Assembly (NCBI GenBank): GCA_964459835.1
Contig: CAYWPA010000001.1
Location: 110,957 to 174,956 of the forward strand
DNA: 64,000 nucleotides
DNA from: an uncultured Methanosarcinales archaeon
GTDB taxonomy: Archaea > Nanobdellota > Nanobdellia > Woesearchaeales > UBA12501
Direction of reading: 5' to 3'
A model generated the notes under the pieces. It was not told where the DNA came from, ran no database searches, and worked only from the letters and a program-made list of their open reading frames with translations. Made by a program: the position numbers and the translations under genes. Within the stretch, counting starts at the first letter, position 1. Each line of letters starts with the position of its first letter. Shown here in pieces: positions 56,457-64,000 of the stretch.

Positions 56457-56741
56457 ATGGAAGGCAAAGCTGTTGTCAAGGTTGAAGGCGGGAAGCTTCT
56501 GAAGGTAAAGCTTAATTACAAGCAGGGCACTATAAAGAAAATAAGGATAACGGGTGATTTCTTTTTACATCCTGAGGAATGTATTGAGCATATTGAAATA
56601 GCATTGATTGATGTTCCGCTGAACAAAGACAGGATTCTGGAAGCTGTTAATTATGCTGTTGAGGAAAATGAAATCACAATGATAGGAATTACGCCAGAAG
56701 CAATTGTTGATGCAATTCTGGAGGCAGCAGGGATAAAATGA
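56457..56741 (+). CDS. Lipoate-protein ligase C-terminal (accessory) domain protein, LplB-like
   Basis: 94-aa protein immediately upstream of and overlapping the LplA catalytic-domain gene, as in the bipartite Thermoplasma LplA/LplB arrangement; weak similarity to the LplA C-terminal domain. Confidence 0.45.
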   Translation: MEGKAVVKVEGGKLLKVKLNYKQGTIKKIRITGDFFLHPEECIEHIEIALIDVPLNKDRILEAVNYAVEENEITMIGITPEAIVDAILEAAGIK

Positions 56742-57493
56742 AAAAAATTAAGTGGAGGATTATAGAGTTGTCAACAAACAATGCAGCAATGAACATGGCA
56801 ATAGATGAAGCCATAAGCGAGAGTGTTGCAGCAGCAAAATCTCCTCCAACAATACGCTTTTACAGATGGAATCCAAGTGCTGTTTCAATTGGATACTTTC
56901 AGAGCATGGAAGAGGAAATAGATGTAAAGAAGTGCAAAGCGCTTGGTGTTGATCATGTAAGAAGAAGAACAGGAGGAGGAGCTGTCTATCATGATTTTGA
57001 TGGAGAAATAACTTATTCTGTAATTATTCCTGAAGAAAAGTTTGAGAAAGACATTACAAAATCTTATCATGTGATCTGCAGCTGGATTGTAGATTCTTTG
57101 AAGAAACTTGGCATTGAAAGCGAGTTTAAGCCAATAAATGACATTATTGTGAAAAACAAAAAGATAAGCGGAAATGCGCAGACAAGAAGGAATAAGGTTG
57201 TCCTGCAGCACGGGACAATTCTTTACGACGTTGATGTTGAGAAGATGTTTTCCCTGCTTAAAGTCCCTGATGAAAAGATAAGGGACAAGATGATTTCTGC
57301 TGTAAAAGAAAGAGTTACAAGGGTTTTAGATCATGCAGATATCGACAGAGAAGAGCTTTATCATGCAATGATAGCTGGCTTTACAAAAGGCAAGGATTTT
57401 GAGTTTGGCCTGCTTACAGATGAAGAAGAGGCAAGGGCTGTACAGCTTGCAGAAGAAAGATATTCTAGTGAACAGTGGAATTTGTCGAGGTAA
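56738..57493 (+). CDS. lplA: Lipoate-protein ligase A, catalytic (N-terminal) domain
   Basis: …RFYRWNPSAVSIGYFQ…RRTGGGAVYHDFDGEITYSVI…KISGNAQTRRNKVVLQHGTIL… are BPL/LPL catalytic-domain motifs, including the conserved lysine in KISGNAQ. Confidence 0.8.
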   Translation: MKKIKWRIIELSTNNAAMNMAIDEAISESVAAAKSPPTIRFYRWNPSAVSIGYFQSMEEEIDVKKCKALGVDHVRRRTGGGAVYHDFDGEITYSVIIPEEKFEKDITKSYHVICSWIVDSLKKLGIESEFKPINDIIVKNKKISGNAQTRRNKVVLQHGTILYDVDVEKMFSLLKVPDEKIRDKMISAVKERVTRVLDHADIDREELYHAMIAGFTKGKDFEFGLLTDEEEARAVQLAEERYSSEQWNLSR

Positions 57494-57594
57494 CCACTTT
57501 TTTACCTTTGTCTCTAAAAAATTTTTCAGATTATCCGAAAATTCTCCATTATTTCGTCAGCAAGCAATATAAACATATCAAACACATTTCATGA

Positions 57595-58011
57595 ATGCTG
57601 CAAAAATACTACTTAGACACTTCAATCTGGCTTGATTTCTTTGAAAACAGGGATGAACCACATTTGCCCAAGGGAAAATGGGCACATGAGCTTTTAAAGA
57701 AAATTATAGAAAATAATGATAAAATTATTTATTCGGATAATAATATTTACGAATTGAATATAATAGGTTATTCTGCATATGAACTTGATATTATACTACA
57801 GCCACTTAAACCAATTCTCATCTTTGTAGAATCAACCGAAAAACAAATCAGCAAAGCTAAAGACCTCTCATTAAAAAGAAATATTCCAAAAAGAGATGCC
57901 CTTCATGCACTTATTGCAAGGGACAACAAATCAATATTAGTTACTTTGGACAGGCATTTCCAAAAAATTCATGATATTATAAAACCAAAAAAGCCTCAAG
58001 ACCTCATTTAG
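57595..58011 (+). CDS. PIN-domain protein (VapC-like)
   Basis: YLDTSIWLDF (first acidic residue), …DALHALIARDN… and …LVTLD… are PIN signature positions. Confidence 0.6.
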   Translation: MLQKYYLDTSIWLDFFENRDEPHLPKGKWAHELLKKIIENNDKIIYSDNNIYELNIIGYSAYELDIILQPLKPILIFVESTEKQISKAKDLSLKRNIPKRDALHALIARDNKSILVTLDRHFQKIHDIIKPKKPQDLI

Positions 58012-58264
58012 CCTTGAATTTTCTTTCCAGCAATTCGAATGCCTTTTCTCCTGCTTTATGCAAATCTTCATCTGATGTTCTTCTTTTTGAAAAACCTTTC
58101 AGTTGAGCTAGATTTTTTAACACTTCATCCTTTTCCAAATCAGAAAGCTTTTCGCGTATGGCCTCCCTTATAAACTCTGTCCTTGTGCTGTACCTATACC
58201 TAGCCAGATTCTCGTCTATTTCTTTCAGAAGGCTGTCTTCTATCTTCAGGCTTATCGTTTCCAT
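58004..58264 (-). CDS. Ribbon-helix-helix (CopG-like) protein, convergent with the PIN gene
   Basis: N-terminal beta strand (METISLKIEDSLLKEIDE) then two helices; 86 aa. Overlaps the 3' end of the PIN gene by 8 bp on the opposite strand. Confidence 0.45.
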   Translation of the reverse strand: METISLKIEDSLLKEIDENLARYRYSTRTEFIREAIREKLSDLEKDEVLKNLAQLKGFSKRRTSDEDLHKAGEKAFELLERKFKAK

Positions 58265-58332
58265 GGTACTACTAAGTATTATTAAGTAATATATAAATTT
58301 TGCTGTTTTTTGTTCTTTCAGAAATGGTCACC

Positions 58333-58632
58333 TTAGTGAAGAGTGGAATTTCTCTCGATAATAGCTTCCAGCTTTTCAAAGAGTTTTTCTGCGTCTATTT
58401 CAGGCATCTGAACACGGCTTATGTTAAATATGCCGGCTTCATGGCTTTGTATCTCTTGTCCTGTTGCTATCCTATGACCTTCTTCTAATATAACAGGGGA
58501 GCTAATATCTACATATTTTCCTGTAGAATCTTTTGAAACAGCAACATGCTCTCTCGGGATGTATATTATTCTAGTTGAAACAGGTTCTTCTCCGGTTTTA
58601 ATAGTATATCTGGTAAAGTATATCAGCTCCAT
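58333..58632 (-). CDS. Hypothetical protein (99 aa) at the end of the 2-oxoacid dehydrogenase operon
   Basis: ORF of coding-like composition with no recognised motif. Confidence 0.35.
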   Translation of the reverse strand: MELIYFTRYTIKTGEEPVSTRIIYIPREHVAVSKDSTGKYVDISSPVILEEGHRIATGQEIQSHEAGIFNISRVQMPEIDAEKLFEKLEAIIERNSTLH

Positions 58633-58653
58633 AGAAATTAGAAATAATTAAGC

Positions 58654-59898
58654 TTATATAAAACTTTGCTTTAGTAAATCCGGATCCCCTAGATGCTTTT
58701 TCAAAACGTTTGCAAACCTTGCACATTCTGCTCCATCAACAATCCTGTGGTCAAAAGAAATGGACAAAGGCAGAATCTTCCTAATCTTTATTTCACCGTC
58801 AATAACTACTGGCTTGTCAGCCATTGTTCCAAAGCCGACAATTGCACATTCTGGATAATTAATTATAGGCGTAAAATGCGTTCCTCCTAAGCTGCCTACA
58901 TTTGTTATTGTTATTGTTCCTCCTTTCATATCCATCATGCTTATTTTTCTGCTTCTTGCTTTTTCAGATAAATCCTCAATTTCCTTTGCAATCTCAAGCA
59001 TGCTTTTTTTGTCAGCGCCTTTTATGACGGGAACAACTAAGCCATCTCCAGTATCAACTGCAAAGCCTATGTTAAAATATTTTTTGTAGATTATTTCTTT
59101 TCCTTCCAAAGAAGAAGCCATTCTTGGATGCTCTTTTAATGCAGCAATTACTGTCTTCATCATAAAAGGAAGATAAGTTAGCTTTATTCCTTTTTCCTTT
59201 GCTACTAATTTTTCCCTTTCCCGTATTTCAAATAATCTTGTAGTATCTATTTCATCCATATGCGTAACATGCACAGCAGTAAAAGCAGACTCAACCATAT
59301 GGTCTGCAATTGCCTTTCTCATTCCTACCAAAGGCTCCCTATCAACATAGCCCCACATATCGTACTTTTTTGTTACCTTTGGCACTGTTGTTTCTTTTGG
59401 TGCTTCAGCTGTCTTTATCCCTTCAATTACCTTCAAATCACCAGGCAGTATCCTTCCTCCAGGCCCAGTGCCTTGAACTGAAGCAAGGTCAATCCCTCTT
59501 TCCGTTGCCATTTTCCTTATAGCAGGCAGGGCAAGTATTTCGCCTGTTTTAGGGACCTCTCCCACAGCCCGCCTAATCTCTATTTTTTTAATTTCTTTCT
59601 TCTCTGTAGGGGCTTCTTCCAAAGTTCCTACAACTGATCCATATTTCTTTCTTTCTTCTTCCTCTATCTCAATCAAAACATCCCCAACCTTTACAACATC
59701 CCCTTCTTTAGGATAAATCTTCAATATTTTACCAGCTCTTGGAGAAGGAATTTCAACAACTGCTTTGTCTGTTTCAATCTCGCCAAGAGTTTGATCAGCT
59801 TTAACAGTATCTCCTAATTTAACTTTCCAGGAAACTATCTTTCCTTCCTGTATCCCTTCACCAACATCCGGAAACTTAAATTCAAAAGCCATTTTCAA
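58654..59898 (-). CDS. Dihydrolipoamide acyltransferase (E2) of a 2-oxoacid dehydrogenase complex
   Basis: Lipoyl domain with ETDKA; peripheral subunit-binding domain; catalytic domain with DHRIVDGA. Confidence 0.88.
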   Translation of the reverse strand: MKMAFEFKFPDVGEGIQEGKIVSWKVKLGDTVKADQTLGEIETDKAVVEIPSPRAGKILKIYPKEGDVVKVGDVLIEIEEEERKKYGSVVGTLEEAPTEKKEIKKIEIRRAVGEVPKTGEILALPAIRKMATERGIDLASVQGTGPGGRILPGDLKVIEGIKTAEAPKETTVPKVTKKYDMWGYVDREPLVGMRKAIADHMVESAFTAVHVTHMDEIDTTRLFEIREREKLVAKEKGIKLTYLPFMMKTVIAALKEHPRMASSLEGKEIIYKKYFNIGFAVDTGDGLVVPVIKGADKKSMLEIAKEIEDLSEKARSRKISMMDMKGGTITITNVGSLGGTHFTPIINYPECAIVGFGTMADKPVVIDGEIKIRKILPLSISFDHRIVDGAECARFANVLKKHLGDPDLLKQSFI

Positions 59899-59914
59899 AA
59901 CATTATTCCATCAT

Positions 59915-60886
59915 TCAAAATGTCATAACTTTTTCAATTCCTTTTACAATCCTTTCAACACTTGGCAGATAATCTTTTTCCAATTTTGCCAGAGGCATTA
60001 TAGTATCAAATCCAGTCACTCTTTCAACAGGAGCTTGCAAATATAACATTGCTTTTTCATTTATTCTTGCAATCAATTCTGCTCCAACACCACATCTTCT
60101 TGGCGCTTCATGAACTATCAAACATCTTCCTGTTTTTTTGACAGAATTAATTATTGTTTCAGTGTCAATAGGAGAAACGCTTCTTAAATCTATCAGCTCG
60201 CAGTCAACATTGCTTATCTTTTCTATTGCCTCTCTTGTCTCTCTCATGCATGCTCCCCATGATATAATAGTAATATCCTTTCCTTGCTTGACAATGTTTG
60301 CCTTTCCAATCGGAATTGTATATTCTTCTTCAGGAACATCCTCTTTTATTGCCCTGTAGACCCTTTTTGGCTCTAAAAACAAGATAGGGTCTGGGTCTCG
60401 TATTGCGCTGATAAGAAGGCCTTTTGCTTCCTTTGGTGTTGATGGTATTACAACTTTCAGCCCTGGAATATGCGCATAGATTGCTTCCATGCTTTCAGAA
60501 TGGTGCTCCAAAGCCTTTATTCCACCGCTATAAGGGGCTCTTATGACTATTGGGCATGTGTACCTTCCCCTGCTTCTATTTCTTATTCTTGAAGCATGGC
60601 TGACAATCTGCTGGAATGCAGGATAGATGAATCCTGAGAATTGTATTTCAGCCACAGGCCTTAACCCAGAGACAGCCATTCCGACTGATGTTCCCACTAT
60701 TCCTGCCTCTGCCAATGGAGTATCCATAACCCTTTCTTCGCCAAATTTCTTCAGCAATCCTTCTGTTACCCTGAATACTCCTCCATCTACTCCGACGTCC
60801 TCTCCCAAGACAATAACTCTTTTGTCCTTGCTCATTTCCTGATGCAAAGCAAGATTAATTGCCTGCACCATATTCATTTCAGCCAT
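59915..60886 (-). CDS. 2-oxoacid dehydrogenase E1 component, beta subunit
   Basis: Transketolase-like pyrimidine-binding and C-terminal domains (…RVMDTPLAEAGIVGTSVGMA…); 323 aa. Confidence 0.9.
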   Translation of the reverse strand: MAEMNMVQAINLALHQEMSKDKRVIVLGEDVGVDGGVFRVTEGLLKKFGEERVMDTPLAEAGIVGTSVGMAVSGLRPVAEIQFSGFIYPAFQQIVSHASRIRNRSRGRYTCPIVIRAPYSGGIKALEHHSESMEAIYAHIPGLKVVIPSTPKEAKGLLISAIRDPDPILFLEPKRVYRAIKEDVPEEEYTIPIGKANIVKQGKDITIISWGACMRETREAIEKISNVDCELIDLRSVSPIDTETIINSVKKTGRCLIVHEAPRRCGVGAELIARINEKAMLYLQAPVERVTGFDTIMPLAKLEKDYLPSVERIVKGIEKVMTF

Positions 60887-60923
60887 TTTTCTTTTTATTT
60901 GTTTATTTTTTCAATTTTTTATT

Positions 60924-61994
60924 TCATTTTTCAAATTTCTTTAAATACTCAAGCTGCTCTTTCAATTCATCAGTCATTTCTGCATATTGGTATTTGAAAA
61001 TATCCTCAATTGGAGCTTTTGGAACTGCCTCTGCTTTTTCAACAGCAGCATTAACTATTTTTTCGGCATACTGCATTAATTTTTCTTCAGCATTTTTGTC
61101 CCAAAATCCTTTTGTTTCCATATATTTTTTTAGCCTTGGTATGGGGTCTTTTTTCTTCCATCTCTCAACTTCTTCTTCGCTTCTGTATCTTTTTGCATCA
61201 TCAGAAGTTGTGTGGTCGCCAAGCCTGTAAGTATAGCATTCAATCATTGTAGGGCCTTTTCCCTGCTTTGCCCTCTGCAAAGCTTCTTTTACTGCTGCAT
61301 ATACTGCAAAGACATCGTTTCCGTCAACCTGAATGCAAGGCAGGCCGTAGGCAATTCCTTTTTGAGCCAGTGTTTTTGATGCTGTCTGCTTTGAAACATG
61401 AAGGGAGATAGCATATTGGTTGTTTTGGCATATGTAAACAACAGGCGCTTTGAATACCCCTCCGAAATTCAGAGCTTCGTGAAACTCCCCCTCTGATGTT
61501 GCTCCGTCTCCAAAAAATGTGATAACTGCACCTTTCTTTCCCTGCTTTTTCATGCCCATTGCAAAGCCTGTTGCATGCAGGAGCTGGCTTCCTACAGGAA
61601 CATTTGTTGTAAAGCAGTTTACACCAGGAGGAATATAGTTGCCCCACTCATCCCCTGCATTATATCTTATAATCCCTTCCATCCCTGCTCCCATTGTTAT
61701 GAAAGCTGCAGTCTCCCTAAAAGCAGGGAACATCCAGTCCTCTTTTTCCAGCGCAGTGCATGCTCCGACCTGGCAGGCTTCCTGGCCTTTTACCTGCGCA
61801 AATGTTCCTATTCTTCCCTGCCTTTGCAATGCAAGAAGCTTTTCATCAAAAATCCTTGAAAGAACCATGTTTTTGTACATTTCTTTAATCTGATCTTTGG
61901 AAAGCTTTGGCATAAGCTTTTTGTCGCAGTTTCCTTTATCATCCAAAATCTGCATGTATTCTACTTTGAATTCAGCTATTGTTTTTTTTGGCAT
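60924..61994 (-). CDS. 2-oxoacid dehydrogenase E1 component, alpha subunit (TPP-binding)
   Basis: TPP motif GDGATSEGEFHEALNFGG…VVYICQNNQYAIS; 356 aa. Confidence 0.9.
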   Translation of the reverse strand: MPKKTIAEFKVEYMQILDDKGNCDKKLMPKLSKDQIKEMYKNMVLSRIFDEKLLALQRQGRIGTFAQVKGQEACQVGACTALEKEDWMFPAFRETAAFITMGAGMEGIIRYNAGDEWGNYIPPGVNCFTTNVPVGSQLLHATGFAMGMKKQGKKGAVITFFGDGATSEGEFHEALNFGGVFKAPVVYICQNNQYAISLHVSKQTASKTLAQKGIAYGLPCIQVDGNDVFAVYAAVKEALQRAKQGKGPTMIECYTYRLGDHTTSDDAKRYRSEEEVERWKKKDPIPRLKKYMETKGFWDKNAEEKLMQYAEKIVNAAVEKAEAVPKAPIEDIFKYQYAEMTDELKEQLEYLKKFEK

Positions 61995-62850
61995 TTTTCA
62001 CGAAAAATTCCCCAGCTCTGTAGCTGCTTCTTACAAACGGGCCAGAAGCTACATACATAAATCCTTTTTCCTCTCCAATTTTTTTTAATTCTTCAAACTT
62101 TTTTGGCGTAACATACTCTTTTAGCTTTGCATGCAGCTTGCTTGGCTGCAGGTATTGCCCAAGCGTTAATATATCTACATTTATTTCTCTTAGGTCATCC
62201 ATTGCCTTCTTTATTTCTTCTTCTGTTTCTCCAAGACCAAGCATTATTGATGATTTTGTAAAGATATTTTTATTCAGCTTTTTGACATTTTCAAGAACAC
62301 TTAAAGACTGGCTGTAGTTTGCCCTTGGGTCCCTAATCTGCCTTTGCAGGCTTTCCACTGTTTCTATATTATGTGCAATCACATCAGGCTCTGCATCAAC
62401 GATGTTTTTCAGAAGGCTTATTTTTCCGTTAAAATCCGGGATAAGCACCTCCACAATAATTTTAGGGCCAGCTTTTTTTATCTCCTTGATGCATTCTGCA
62501 AAGTGCATGCTTCCTTCATCGTTCAAATCGTCCCTGTTTACAGAGGTAATTACAATATAGCCAAGCTTTAGCCTTGAGACAGCATCCGCAAGCTTTTTTG
62601 GCTCATTTTTATCTAATGGCAATGGCCTTGCAGAAGTCTTTACTGCACAGAACCTGCACCCTCTTGTGCATGTATCACCCATAACCATAAAGGTTGCTGT
62701 TCCTCCTGACCAGCATTCAGAAATATTAGGGCAGTGCGCTTCCTGGCAGACAGTATTAAGATTCAGCTCAGAAAGCATATCTTTTATGTCCTGAAAACTT
62801 TCAGTTGTTGGCGGCCTTATCTTCAGCCACACTGGCTTTTCTGCTAGCAT
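61972..62850 (-). CDS. lipA: Lipoyl synthase (radical SAM)
   Basis: Auxiliary cluster CPNISECW plus radical-SAM CTRGCRFCAV; 292 aa. Overlaps the E1-alpha start by 23 bp. Confidence 0.9.
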   Translation of the reverse strand: MLAEKPVWLKIRPPTTESFQDIKDMLSELNLNTVCQEAHCPNISECWSGGTATFMVMGDTCTRGCRFCAVKTSARPLPLDKNEPKKLADAVSRLKLGYIVITSVNRDDLNDEGSMHFAECIKEIKKAGPKIIVEVLIPDFNGKISLLKNIVDAEPDVIAHNIETVESLQRQIRDPRANYSQSLSVLENVKKLNKNIFTKSSIMLGLGETEEEIKKAMDDLREINVDILTLGQYLQPSKLHAKLKEYVTPKKFEELKKIGEEKGFMYVASGPFVRSSYRAGEFFVKNAKKNNS

Positions 62851-62939
62851 TTCTCACCTCTTTTTGAAAAGTTTTTTAAGTTTATTTAAATTTATTTTAA
62901 ATATTTAAGTTTATTCTAAATTAAATTTATTTTTTAGAC

Positions 62940-63227
62940 TTAAGCTCCAGCCCATTGCTTCAGCTTTTCATAGCTCATTGAACCGCATACTTTTTTGCCT
63001 GTTTTTTCATTGACAAAAAAAGGCACTCCTCCGCAGATTTCATTTCCTTCTTCGTCTTTGTCAAGCTCATTTAGCAGTGCAGCATTCTTGTCATCATGCC
63101 AAACTTCTAATCTTTCAACCTTAATGCCTTTCTCTCTTTCCAGCTGCTCAACCAAAGGAAACATCTCATGGCAGTGAACACATTCTGTTCCAAAGAACAT
63201 TATCAGCCTGCTTTCCACACATGACAC
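62940..63227 (-). CDS. Thioredoxin/glutaredoxin-like small protein
   Basis: …FFGTECVHCHEM… CxxC motif in a ~90-aa thioredoxin-fold-sized ORF. Confidence 0.5.
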   Translation of the reverse strand: MSCVESRLIMFFGTECVHCHEMFPLVEQLEREKGIKVERLEVWHDDKNAALLNELDKDEEGNEICGGVPFFVNEKTGKKVCGSMSYEKLKQWAGA

Positions 63228-63317
63228 CTCTTATTGTTATTATCATAGTAAAGGCCATTCTATTTATATAGTTAATTCTTTTGTTTTTGGGCTTTGAACA
63301 GTAAAATAAACAGTAAA

Positions 63318-64000
63318 TTATGCTTTGCTGCTTTTACTATCATTCTCTTTTCTTTCTTTCATTGCCTTCTTTACCCTTGCCATTGCAATCTCAAGGCCGG
63401 CTTCCCTGGGGCTTATCTTCTCATTTTTAGAATGCTCAAGCACAATCCTTGTGTTTTTTGCTATCTTTTTTTCAACCATTGGAAAGACTTTCTCCTGCTT
63501 TGCGCCAATATACTCAACATAAGAGCTTATCACCCCTCCAGCATTCGCAACAAAATCAGGGACAACCAGAACGCCTTTTTTCCACAGCCATTTTTCAGTT
63601 TCAGGAGCAATAGGGATATTTGCGCCTTCTACGATTATCTTTGCCTTAACTTTATTTTTGTTTTTTTCATTTATGATATCAGGCTTTGCAGCAGGAATAA
63701 ATATATCAGCATATACACCAACAATATCATCGCTTTCCATTTTCTCCCCTTCAGGATAATTTACAACACTGCCTGTTATTATTTTTATATTTACAAGTTT
63801 TTTATAATCAAGGCCGTTTTTATTGTAGATACATCCTTTTGAGTCAGAGACAGCAACAAGCTTTGCGCCTTTCTCTGCCAAATACTTTGCTGCAAACGTT
63901 CCCACATTTCCAAAGCCCTCAACGCTGAAAGTAAGTTTTTTTATGTCAAGCCCGAGATGCTTTGCAGCAACAAGCGCTGCATGGTATACTCCATATCCTG
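63318..64000 (-). CDS. Glu/Leu/Phe/Val dehydrogenase family protein, C-terminal NAD(P)-binding part (5' end beyond window)
   Basis: Reverse translation through 63906-64000 gives …HLGLDIKKLTFSVEGFGNVGTFAAKYL… (the GFGNVG dinucleotide-binding motif), followed by …IVEGANIP…PDFVANAGGV…; no stop up to the window edge. Confidence 0.7.
   Translation of the reverse strand, partial: GYGVYHAALVAAKHLGLDIKKLTFSVEGFGNVGTFAAKYLAEKGAKLVAVSDSKGCIYNKNGLDYKKLVNIKIITGSVVNYPEGEKMESDDIVGVYADIFIPAAKPDIINEKNKNKVKAKIIVEGANIPIAPETEKWLWKKGVLVVPDFVANAGGVISSYVEYIGAKQEKVFPMVEKKIAKNTRIVLEHSKNEKISPREAGLEIAMARVKKAMKERKENDSKSSKA

Noticed and set aside
1-64000. CRISPR arrays, rRNA genes, additional tRNAs
   Set aside because: No regularly spaced short direct repeats, no rRNA-like conserved stretches and no other tRNA-shaped T-arm/acceptor combinations were found on either strand.

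Overview
This is an AT-rich archaeal chromosomal window. PolD, Orc1/Cdc6, MCM, TBP, TFE, L14e/L34e, aIF2-beta and Rpp30 place it in Euryarchaeota or a DPANN-like lineage. 1. Positions 1-18 kb form a replication and information-processing neighbourhood: PheT C-terminus, L34e-L14e, TFE, an aIF-2B-family protein, a TrmB-type regulator, a probable oriC immediately upstream of an orc1/cdc6-polD(small)-polD(large) operon, aIF2-beta, an RPA32-like OB/winged-helix protein, MCM and TBP. 2. At about 18.17-18.32 kb lies a tRNA-Trp(CCA) gene carrying a 77-nt canonical-position intron with box C/D-like features. It sits next to a 1600-aa multi-TM surface protein gene. 3. Positions 26.3-51.8 kb form an accessory region bracketed by two inverted, diverged copies of a GC-rich element of about 110 bp with terminal inverted repeats. 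It encodes three giant cysteine-rich secreted or anchored proteins (1757, 1855 and 1062 aa) interleaved with four small proteins carrying type IV pilin-like (class III) N-termini. These are followed by a TraB-family protein, a PRC-barrel protein, unknown proteins (one with HExxH), a HAD hydrolase and an 843-aa protein containing a DEDDy 3'-5' exonuclease core. A 46-bp direct repeat sits upstream of two of these genes. 4. Positions 51.8-64 kb encode housekeeping and repair genes and a lipoate cluster: a YkgJ Cys-cluster protein, a DUF4258/MqsA-AbrB toxin-antitoxin pair, a standalone LigD-type 3'-phosphoesterase, Nth, an RNase H-like exonuclease, a CaCA antiporter, glutaredoxin, split lipoate-protein ligase (LplB + LplA), a PIN/RHH pair, then on the minus strand E2, E1-beta, E1-alpha of a 2-oxoacid dehydrogenase complex, LipA, a thioredoxin-like protein and a partial Glu/Leu/Phe/Val-type dehydrogenase. 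No rRNA or CRISPR array was seen. Several ORF-table entries begin at GTG/TTG; starts were adjusted where an ATG, a 4-bp ATGA gene overlap or a signal peptide made the choice clear.
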